DNA of 53,188 nucleotides from a bacterium (GTDB lineage Bacteria; Cyanobacteriota; Vampirovibrionia; Gastranaerophilales; Gastranaerophilaceae): NCBI GenBank assembly GCA_017512405.1, contig JAFWGJ010000027.1, positions 1 to 53,188 of the forward strand, read 5' to 3'. Shown piece by piece: positions 46,020 to 53,188 of this stretch (position 1 is its first letter; each line of letters starts with the position of its first letter). The notes under the pieces were generated by a model. It saw only the letters and a program-made list of their open reading frames with translations, ran no database searches and was not told where the DNA came from. The position numbers and the translations under genes were made by a program.

Positions 46020-46856
46020 TTAAATGAGTTGCGCTGAAATTACTCTGTCAATTCCGGCTAAATCTTTTTCGATTTCAATATTTTCAAAATTATTTTTCTC
46101 TAAAATATTTTTAACTTCTTCGCTTTGTCCTAATCCTATTTCAAAAGCTATATGACCTTTATGATTTAAAACTTTGTGAGCATCTTTTGAAATTTTTTCA
46201 TAAAATTCTAGCCCTTTTTCATCGTTTGTATAAAGTGCTAAATCAGGGTCGAAGGTTACTTCTTTTTGAATGTTGGCTTTTTCTTTCAGCGGTATATATG
46301 GCGGATTTGATACTATAATATCAAATTTTTCATTCTCTTTTACATTTGAAAAAATATCTGATTTTCTGAAAATTGCTTTGTTATATAAATTTAACCTTGA
46401 GGCATTATTTAAGGCAATTTGCAGGGCTTCTGAAGATATATCAAGACCGATTACCTGCGCAAGACTGTATTGTGCAATCATACAATCAATACACCCTGTT
46501 CCTGTACCTACATCAAGCGCTAATTTATAATTATTTTTGTTAATTATATCAACAGCCTTTCTTACTAACAATTCAGTTTCATCTCTTGGTATTAAAGTGT
46601 CCTTTGTTACTTCAAATTTTTCACCCATAAAATATCCATAACCGATTATATGCTGAATAGGTTTTCTTGTTCTTGCTCGTTCTTGTGCTTTTTGTCGAAC
46701 GATATTCATTTTGCTTTCATCAAGTTTTTTGCCCATAACGATATCAACAGCACTAAGGTTACAAAATTTTTCAATTAATAATTTAACTTCTGCGTTAGCT
46801 TCGTTTTCTTCAATCCCTGCAAAGGTCAATATGTTCACTATTTCTCGAATACTCAT
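46020..46856 (-). CDS. prmC: Release-factor glutamine N5-methyltransferase PrmC (HemK)
   Basis: SAM motif LDVGTGTGC and catalytic VSNPPYIP. Confidence 0.9.
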   Translation of the reverse strand: MSIREIVNILTFAGIEENEANAEVKLLIEKFCNLSAVDIVMGKKLDESKMNIVRQKAQERARTRKPIQHIIGYGYFMGEKFEVTKDTLIPRDETELLVRKAVDIINKNNYKLALDVGTGTGCIDCMIAQYSLAQVIGLDISSEALQIALNNASRLNLYNKAIFRKSDIFSNVKENEKFDIIVSNPPYIPLKEKANIQKEVTFDPDLALYTNDEKGLEFYEKISKDAHKVLNHKGHIAFEIGLGQSEEVKNILEKNNFENIEIEKDLAGIDRVISAQLI

Positions 46857-47328
46857 CTAAAATCTCGCTTATCATGTTTTTTAAATCTAATTTTGACAAA
46901 TTTGACGTATCTTTTTTGTCTATACTATATTTTTTACACAAACAATCATAATAATAAAGTTGTTTTTTTGTTGGTGTTTCTTTTGACATTTTAATTTTTT
47001 TAAGATAATTTCTTTTTTCTTTTTCAAAATTCTTTTGCGCTTCAACTAAAGGTTTTTGTGATTTTTTATAGTCATAATATTTTTTACATTCATTTAGGTA
47101 TAACAAAGTTTCTTTTTTAAAATCTTCATCAAAAAGAAAATTACTCAAAAATTCAAAATGCGGATTATTCATTTTGAAATAATATTCTTCATCTTCGATA
47201 AATTTTTTAAAAATTTCATCCACGCAAAAATCGGGACTTTTTTTAACCAAAGCCCTTAAATAATTACACAAAGCAGATTTTTGAGTTTTGGATAAACTCA
47301 AAAATATTTTACTTTTAATATATGACAT
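46810..47328 (-). CDS. Hypothetical Lys-rich protein
   Basis: 172-aa ORF that overlaps the prmC start by 47 nt. No motif recognised. Confidence 0.45.
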   Translation of the reverse strand: MSYIKSKIFLSLSKTQKSALCNYLRALVKKSPDFCVDEIFKKFIEDEEYYFKMNNPHFEFLSNFLFDEDFKKETLLYLNECKKYYDYKKSQKPLVEAQKNFEKEKRNYLKKIKMSKETPTKKQLYYYDCLCKKYSIDKKDTSNLSKLDLKNMISEILDEYSRNSEHIDLCRD

Positions 47329-47337
47329 ACATAAATA

Positions 47338-47508
47338 TTAACGCAAAATGTCAGAAATTGTTAATTTTTCACCAATTTTAGCGTGGTGGAAAGCTAACAT
47401 ATTTTTGTAAATAGGATTTGAAGCGTTATATGTTTTAACTGTTTTTTCTTCAACAGGAGTTTCAACTTTATCTAAAACTTGTAATCTAACAACTTTGTTT
47501 TCGTTCAT
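47338..47508 (-). CDS. Small hypothetical protein (56 aa), not in the supplied ORF track
   Basis: ATG 47508 is preceded by GAGG ~12 nt upstream. It translates MNENKVVRLQVLDKVETPVEEKTVKTYNASNPIYKNMLAFHHAKIGEKLTISDILR. The stop is 9 nt before the next ORF. Confidence 0.4.
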   Translation of the reverse strand: MNENKVVRLQVLDKVETPVEEKTVKTYNASNPIYKNMLAFHHAKIGEKLTISDILR

Positions 47509-47776
47509 AATATTTTAATACCTCTCGTATTTATATAAAGTTTTTGTTTTGAAAAAAATTGACTTTTTGAATGATTATATCTTAACAAATATTTACAAAA
47601 AATTTAATACAATATAAAATTGAATTTGGAAAAATTGGTTTGAAATCATGAATTCATCATGATTTTAGCCAATTGTAAATTTTTGTAAATTTTTTTTTAA
47701 ATAGTAAAAAAATAAGTCAAAAATTCAAAAAAAAAACACTTTATAAACATGTAACACAAATATTAAGGGCGTGCCT

Positions 47777-49915
47777 ATGGGCTTAACATTAGAACAAATC
47801 AGGCAACAATTTAATATTCCGAAGAATGTCTCAGATGCTGAGGTAATTCGCATTGCAACCGAACAGAACATTATAATTGATTTTACAGGCAGTAATTATA
47901 ATCAAAGTGTAAGTTTTGGTGCAAACGAAAATATTGGTTTAGCACTAAACGGCTCATCTCACAATGTTCCTGCATCAGGTGCGGGTAACATATATGGTGA
48001 TATGGGGTTAGAATTAAATAGTCCATCTCAAAATATTACAGCTCCAAGTAGCGGTGATATGTTTGGTGATATGGGACTTAGTATTTCAAGAAATCCAGTA
48101 AATCCTGCTGTACAGAATGATAATAGAGACAATAGTTCACCACAGATTTCTGTTGATGATCTTATGCAAAATCCGAATTTGGGCGAAATACGTCTTGTAA
48201 ATGGCAAAATGGTCGCTTTTGATAAAAACGGAAATGAATTAACAGATACGGCAGGCAGACCGTTAAATATTGCTGGTACTTTCAAAGAAGGACTTGGCAG
48301 TATTGAATTTGAAGATGGAAAAGTAATTCAAAAAAACCAGGATGGAAACGTTATACGTACAGATGATGCAGCAGCCGGTCAAGTAGGTTACAAAAAAGAC
48401 GGTGAATCTATTGAAGAAAGGTTAGCAAGATTTTACTATGCATCATATAAAACAGATCCGGAAGGTGCTGTAGCCAAAATCAAAAATATGTCTCCGGAAG
48501 AAAGAAGAAATCTTGAGGAACGTTATTTTGATTGGTGTAAAAAAACTAATGGCGAAAAAGTAGCAAAAGCTGATTTTTATAAATTGGTTAAAAACACAGG
48601 TATGGATGCTCAGCATATGAAAGATTATGCTATAACAGTATTACATATGAGTGAAGAAGAAGCTGATGAAGTAATTAGAGATTTTTCACAAAGATTGTAT
48701 ACTAAGGAAGATCAAGCAGCATTTTTAAGTGGTGTTGTAGACAATGTAGACATGGCTGAAAGTCCGGAAATGCAAACAGCTGTTACGAGAAGTGTTGCAG
48801 AAGCAGCACAAGCAGCAGGTATATCTGATGATGTAGCAACAGCTATTGGGGATGCAATCGTTGCTAATAAATTCCACGGAAGAGAAGCTACAATAGAAGC
48901 TTTGAGAAATCAATACGGATTGAGTGCTGAGCAAGCAAATGATTACTATGCTAATTTGCCGGAAGAAACCCGACAACAAATAGAAGATGAAACATTGGAT
49001 GCAATTTCAACTGTTCAAACAGAGGTTGCAGCAGATGAAAGTCAATCTGAAGAGGTTAGACATGGTGCAGCCGATTTATCAACTGCATATATGACATATA
49101 TCGACGATGCTGAATATCAAATGCAGGTTATTCAAAATAACACCAATTATATTATGCAAAATGCCGATCAAGAAATGCAGGATTACTATACAAACAGTAT
49201 AGCAGAGAATGCTTATAATTATGATTTGTCAAATCGTGATGATATTATCAGAATGGTTCAAGAGCTTGGCAACGATGAAGCTTTAAATACATTAGAAAGA
49301 GCACGTCAAAGGTATGAAGAGCAAAATGCGCAATCAAAAGCTATGAACGAAGCCAGAAAGGCTGAATTAGAAAGAAAACAGCAAGCTCAACAACAAAGCA
49401 ATAATAATCAACAAGTTAGAGTTGAAAACAATAATAGAAATACTCAAAGAACAGTTGTTTCTTCTTCGGCAAGTTTAAGAAGTCTTGCTGCGCATGATGG
49501 TATAGGAACAGCCGTTTCAAGCGATGCATTTAAAGAACTTAAAAATAAAGACAAAGAAGATTTTATTAATTCATTAAATACTACTAACAGAAAAGATGCA
49601 ATTAGTTCAATCGTTGAAAATGCTCAAGGATTTGAATTAGAATCTTTAATGAATAGCGGTCTTAAAAACGAAATTCTTCAATATCTTGTTACGCATCCAT
49701 CTCCTCAAAATACTAAAAAATTAAGAGAATTGAACAGATATTTATCGCCGGATGATAGAGAAATGATTAGAGAACTTAGAGAAGAACGAAATCCTAATGC
49801 TCACAGAACACCTGTGGTAGAGGATCCTCAAAATACCGGTAATCATCCGCACGGTAATGATAATACGGGCGTAAGATCCGGAAATTTAAGATTTGGTTTT
49901 CTTGGCAGACATTAA
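47777..49915 (+). CDS. Hypothetical large protein (~712 aa), no recognisable domain
   Basis: Long ORF. ATG 47777 is 7 nt after AAGGG; the track starts at GTG 47771. It has short internal repeats (GDMGLELNSPSQN / GDMGLSISRNP) and a Gln/Asn-rich linker (QQAQQQSNNNQQVRVENNNRN). Confidence 0.6.
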   Translation: MGLTLEQIRQQFNIPKNVSDAEVIRIATEQNIIIDFTGSNYNQSVSFGANENIGLALNGSSHNVPASGAGNIYGDMGLELNSPSQNITAPSSGDMFGDMGLSISRNPVNPAVQNDNRDNSSPQISVDDLMQNPNLGEIRLVNGKMVAFDKNGNELTDTAGRPLNIAGTFKEGLGSIEFEDGKVIQKNQDGNVIRTDDAAAGQVGYKKDGESIEERLARFYYASYKTDPEGAVAKIKNMSPEERRNLEERYFDWCKKTNGEKVAKADFYKLVKNTGMDAQHMKDYAITVLHMSEEEADEVIRDFSQRLYTKEDQAAFLSGVVDNVDMAESPEMQTAVTRSVAEAAQAAGISDDVATAIGDAIVANKFHGREATIEALRNQYGLSAEQANDYYANLPEETRQQIEDETLDAISTVQTEVAADESQSEEVRHGAADLSTAYMTYIDDAEYQMQVIQNNTNYIMQNADQEMQDYYTNSIAENAYNYDLSNRDDIIRMVQELGNDEALNTLERARQRYEEQNAQSKAMNEARKAELERKQQAQQQSNNNQQVRVENNNRNTQRTVVSSSASLRSLAAHDGIGTAVSSDAFKELKNKDKEDFINSLNTTNRKDAISSIVENAQGFELESLMNSGLKNEILQYLVTHPSPQNTKKLRELNRYLSPDDREMIRELREERNPNAHRTPVVEDPQNTGNHPHGNDNTGVRSGNLRFGFLGRH

Positions 49916-49918
49916 AAA

Positions 49919-49951
49919 AGCGAAAGGTTTATAAAAATCTCTCGCTTTTTT
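49919..49951. terminator. Rho-independent terminator between convergent genes
   Basis: AGCGAAAG...CTCTCGCT: an 8-bp stem with one mismatch, with an A-run before it and a T-run after it. Confidence 0.6.
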
Positions 49952-49973
49952 GTTATATAAGTTTTTAAAATGC

Positions 49974-51635
49974 TTACTTATGCTCTAATTGCAAAGTTAC
50001 TGATGTTAAATCACAAACTTCACTTGGTCCGAAATATTGAATTGCGCCAGGGAATAAATATCTGTCATTCATTGCCCAATCTTCTCTGTGTGTTTCAAGT
50101 TCTTTAAATACAGGTCCGTCAAGTTTTACAAGAGCTTTTTGAATTACAGCTTTCATTTCACCATGACGTTTTTCCATGTTCATCATCATTGTTAAAGGAA
50201 CACCGCCTGCAATCCATTCCTTTGCAGGTTTTACAAGGTTTCTTACTGATGATAAGTAACCTGTTAGACCAAAATTAATTAAAGCAAATGCATTAAATCC
50301 TAATGAATAGCAATAATCTGCATCAAAGTTTGATGGGAAAGCGCAACGTCCTTCATAACCAAAGAAGTGTGCTTGGTCTGAGAATTTGCCGTTGTATTTT
50401 CCTTGTGCTTTCATTTCATTTAATCTTGTTCTAATCATTTCGATTAAAAGCTTTTCAGTTTCAATTCTTGATACTTGAACATTGCCGTGAGGATCTCTGT
50501 CCATTAATAATTGAGCTTTAATTAGTGCAGGCAGACTTGAGAAAACTTTTGCATTATTTTCATCAAGTTTTGATGTAATAATTTCAAATTTCTTTTCATT
50601 TGCTGCATTTTTATACTCTTCATTATTTTCAAGTTCGTGAGTTAAGTCATTTAAGCTTGAAATCATAACTTTCATTTCAGGTATAAATTCGATTAAACCT
50701 TCAGGAACGATTACAATACCAAAGTTTTTACCTATTTCGGCGCGTTTTGCGATTGTTTCGCACATTGAAGTTACGATTTGGTCAAGTGACATTTTCTTTT
50801 CTTCAACTTCTTCTGAAATTAAAACAATATTTGGTTGAGTTTGTAAACCGGCTTCTAATGCAACGTGTGATGCGCTTCTACCCATGATTTTAATAAAGTG
50901 CCAATACTTTTTAGCAGAATTTGCATCACGTTGAATATTTCCAATTAACTCTGCATAAGTTTTTGTAGCAGTGTCAAAACCGAAAGAAACTTCGATTTGT
51001 TCATTTTTTAAGTCACCGTCAATTGTTTTTGGACATCCGATAACCTGAATACCTGCATTATTTTTAACAAACCATTCTGCTAATAATGCTGCATTAGTGT
51101 TAGAATCATCACCGCCAATAATAACAACGGCTGTAATATTTAATTTTTTGCATACTTCAAGTGATTTTTGAAATTGTTCTTCCGTTTCAAGTTTTGTTCT
51201 GCCTGAACCGATAATATCAAAACCACCTGTATTTCTGTATGCATCAATAAACTCTTTTGTAATTTCTTTGTATTTACCATCAATAATACCTGATGGACCA
51301 CCTAAAAATCCATATAATTTATTTTCAGGATTTGCCTGTTTTAGGGCATCAAATAAACCTGCAATAACGTTATGTCCGCCCGGTGCTTGACCGCCTGACA
51401 AAATTACACCTACATTTTTCACAGGTGAACTTTTTTCATTTGATGTTGATTTGAAAGTTACGATAGGTTTTCCGTATGTTTTTTCAAATAACTTTTTAAT
51501 CTCTTCCTGATCTCTAACTGATTCTGTTGCTTTACCTTCTTCAAGTTCAAGCTTGTTTATGCCTTTTGACAAACAATCAGGTAATTTTGGCTGATACTTT
51601 AATCTTTCTTCTTGTAATGGTGAAATTGTTTTCAT
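49974..51635 (-). CDS. pfp: Diphosphate--fructose-6-phosphate 1-phosphotransferase (PPi-dependent PFK, long form)
   Basis: 553 aa. [26 protein letters not shown]. The length is typical of PPi-PFK. Confidence 0.85.
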   Translation of the reverse strand: MKTISPLQEERLKYQPKLPDCLSKGINKLELEEGKATESVRDQEEIKKLFEKTYGKPIVTFKSTSNEKSSPVKNVGVILSGGQAPGGHNVIAGLFDALKQANPENKLYGFLGGPSGIIDGKYKEITKEFIDAYRNTGGFDIIGSGRTKLETEEQFQKSLEVCKKLNITAVVIIGGDDSNTNAALLAEWFVKNNAGIQVIGCPKTIDGDLKNEQIEVSFGFDTATKTYAELIGNIQRDANSAKKYWHFIKIMGRSASHVALEAGLQTQPNIVLISEEVEEKKMSLDQIVTSMCETIAKRAEIGKNFGIVIVPEGLIEFIPEMKVMISSLNDLTHELENNEEYKNAANEKKFEIITSKLDENNAKVFSSLPALIKAQLLMDRDPHGNVQVSRIETEKLLIEMIRTRLNEMKAQGKYNGKFSDQAHFFGYEGRCAFPSNFDADYCYSLGFNAFALINFGLTGYLSSVRNLVKPAKEWIAGGVPLTMMMNMEKRHGEMKAVIQKALVKLDGPVFKELETHREDWAMNDRYLFPGAIQYFGPSEVCDLTSVTLQLEHK

Positions 51636-51697
51636 AGCTATTATATCCTCTTTTATTAAATAATGTCAGTAAAAATGTATCACAAAAATGACTTATT

Positions 51698-52660
51698 TTA
51701 AACAATTTCTTTTTGTTGTTGAATAAGCATTTTTGTATGTTCTTTTATATTATCTTTTATAGGACAATTTGGAAATTTTACGATTAAGTCTTTAAATAAA
51801 TTTATTGCTGCATCTGTTTTTCCTACTTGTTCATATGCATAAGCTAAATTTGAATATATTCTGTAATCAGTTTTTGAATTTAATTTAAAAGCTTTTTCAT
51901 AGTAATAAATACAAGAATCCATATCTTCAGAACAATAATATGTTAATCCCAATTGATTATTTGCTTCATAAGATTTTGGATTTATATCAAGAGCTTTTAT
52001 ACAATATTTTATTGCGCTTTTCCAATCTCCTTTTTTAGAAAAAACTTTTGACAATGAAAGTGTTACATCAAAATTGTTTTTATCTTCTTCATATAATTTT
52101 GAATATATATTGAGTGCAATTTCCAAATATTCTGGATTACTTATTTCATACTCTTCTTCTATTGTTTTTGCAATTTCAAATACACATTCATCTTTGCATT
52201 TTGAATTAAGAGCATAATCCGCCAAATCTTGCAGTTTTTCAATTTCTTCAAGTTTTGTATAACACTTTGTCAGTGCAACGACATTTTTTTTATTTTGTTC
52301 CTTTTCAAAACAAGTTAGAAAATATTTTGCGGCATTTTTATAATCTTCCTTATTAAAATAAATCAAAGCTGTATTATATAATGCACTTTGGTCTTTTGGA
52401 TAAAATTTAAGAAATTTCTCATAATATATTAATGCTTCATCGTCATTATTTATTTGTTGGTATGCAAGTGCAAGATTATAATTTGCAAAATCTTGAGAAT
52501 TACTTTGTGATAAGGCTATTTTAAAAAGTTCAATCGAAAGTTTATATTTTTTATTTTCATATAATTCAAGTCCCTTTGTAAAATATGCATCAAAGGTTGA
52601 CATTTTTTCTCTTATTTGTTTTATTTTGACTTTTATTTTTTCTATTAATAAGCTGTCCAT
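51698..52660 (-). CDS. Tetratricopeptide-repeat protein
   Basis: Repeated 34-aa A/Y/L patterns (for example ANYNLALAYQQINNDDEALIYYEKFLKFYP). Confidence 0.75.
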   Translation of the reverse strand: MDSLLIEKIKVKIKQIREKMSTFDAYFTKGLELYENKKYKLSIELFKIALSQSNSQDFANYNLALAYQQINNDDEALIYYEKFLKFYPKDQSALYNTALIYFNKEDYKNAAKYFLTCFEKEQNKKNVVALTKCYTKLEEIEKLQDLADYALNSKCKDECVFEIAKTIEEEYEISNPEYLEIALNIYSKLYEEDKNNFDVTLSLSKVFSKKGDWKSAIKYCIKALDINPKSYEANNQLGLTYYCSEDMDSCIYYYEKAFKLNSKTDYRIYSNLAYAYEQVGKTDAAINLFKDLIVKFPNCPIKDNIKEHTKMLIQQQKEIV

Positions 52661-52716
52661 ATTTATATTGTAGTATAATAAAAATAAAATAGCATATAAT
52701 TTTAAAAAGGTTTAAA

Positions 52717-53166
52717 ATGTTTGATTATATAAGAGGAATTCTTACCGCTAAAACTCAATCTAAAAAAGCTTGCTATTATACAGTAGAAGCTATGGGAATA
52801 GGGTATTTGCTGGAAGTTAGTCAATCTGATTTTGACAAAAAAAATGTTGATGAAGAATTAAAAATATATACTGTTTTAATTCATAAAGAAGACAGTATGT
52901 ATTTATGCGGATTTTTAAGTAAAGAAGCAAGGGATATTTTCAAAGTATTAACATCAGTTTCAGGTGTTGGTTCAAAGATGGCTCTTGGTTTACTTAACGA
53001 GTTTGACGTAAGTGATTTAATATATTTTGTAATAAATGAAAATTCAAAAGAACTAACAAGAGCCAAGGTCAAAGCCCTCCAGACCAAACTTGAGAACCTC
53101 GATGAAGACGACCCTCATTATGAAGAAGCCGTAAGAGAATTAAATACTCTCTTGAAAAATAATTAA
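52717..53166 (+). CDS. ruvA: RuvA N-terminal fragment (domain I + first HhH) fused in frame to ~34 unrelated codons
   Basis: MFDYIRGIL..., GIGYLLEV, and FKVLTSVSGVGSKMALGLL match RuvA. After ...KELTR (~53060) the expected LPGIGKKTAERI HhH and domain III are absent. Confidence 0.6.
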   Translation: MFDYIRGILTAKTQSKKACYYTVEAMGIGYLLEVSQSDFDKKNVDEELKIYTVLIHKEDSMYLCGFLSKEARDIFKVLTSVSGVGSKMALGLLNEFDVSDLIYFVINENSKELTRAKVKALQTKLENLDEDDPHYEEAVRELNTLLKNN

Positions 53167-53188
53167 AACTGTGCTATAATTACTAGAG

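Noticed and set aside
53181-53188. The last 8 nt of the window (TACTAGAG) are identical to the BioBrick RFC10 assembly scar, directly after a TGCTATAAT promoter-like box.
   Set aside because: A single 8-mer at a window boundary is not evidence of engineering. It is noted only because it coincides with the G+C shift and ruvA truncation reported above.
1-53188. Scanned intergenic regions for tRNA T-loop signatures (GGTTCGAAT-like), CRISPR repeat-spacer periodicity, rRNA, transposase or integrase ORFs, and purine, c-di-GMP or T-box riboswitches upstream of ade, punA, fliC, hisS and cysS.
   Set aside because: None found. The relevant leaders are too short (ade 37 nt, punA 38 nt, hisS 72 nt shared with a divergent gene, cysS overlapping its upstream gene) or lack the conserved cores.

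Overview
AT-rich bacterial chromosomal segment, densely coding on both strands. The gene content suggests a diderm, flagellated, probably anaerobic organism: TonB-ExbB-ExbD2, MurJ, SpoIID/LytB, flagellin, HydG, a PPi-dependent phosphofructokinase and a cyanobacterial-type small RpoZ-like ORF. A Melainabacteria-like gut lineage is my guess only. Most of the window is housekeeping: clp 3' end, hisS, ade, tsaC, murJ, cysS, yebC, pgk, nrnA, punA, mnmA, prmC, pfp and a ruvA fragment. I found no rRNA, tRNA, CRISPR array, transposase or integrase. Things worth a second look: (1) a ~470-bp ORF-free, G+C-enriched island (43834-44309) closed by a perfect 25-bp inverted repeat and filled with nested helices whose G-T wobbles all favour the + strand. 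It is a candidate large structured RNA, or a MITE. (2) A tandem ~1.87-kb duplication carrying two calpain-like (peptidase C2-type Cys/His/Asn) proteases with identical leaders. (3) Two TrbI/VirB10-like secreted-protein genes, one split by an in-frame TAA, directly upstream of TonB-ExbB-ExbD-ExbD. (4) A pseudo-receiver/GGDEF protein with a GDEEF active site but an intact RxxD I-site. (5) Three GGA motifs in the flagellin leader, arranged like CsrA sites. (6) A compositionally foreign small gene at 37039-37422. (7) A ruvA that loses homology, with an abrupt G+C jump, about 130 nt before the window end. (8) An Hcp-like protein that appears to lack cluster-ligand cysteines. Also present are an MntA/HepT toxin-antitoxin pair and three large GT-C-like membrane proteins. 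Functions are assigned by reading motifs by eye, and no database search was possible.
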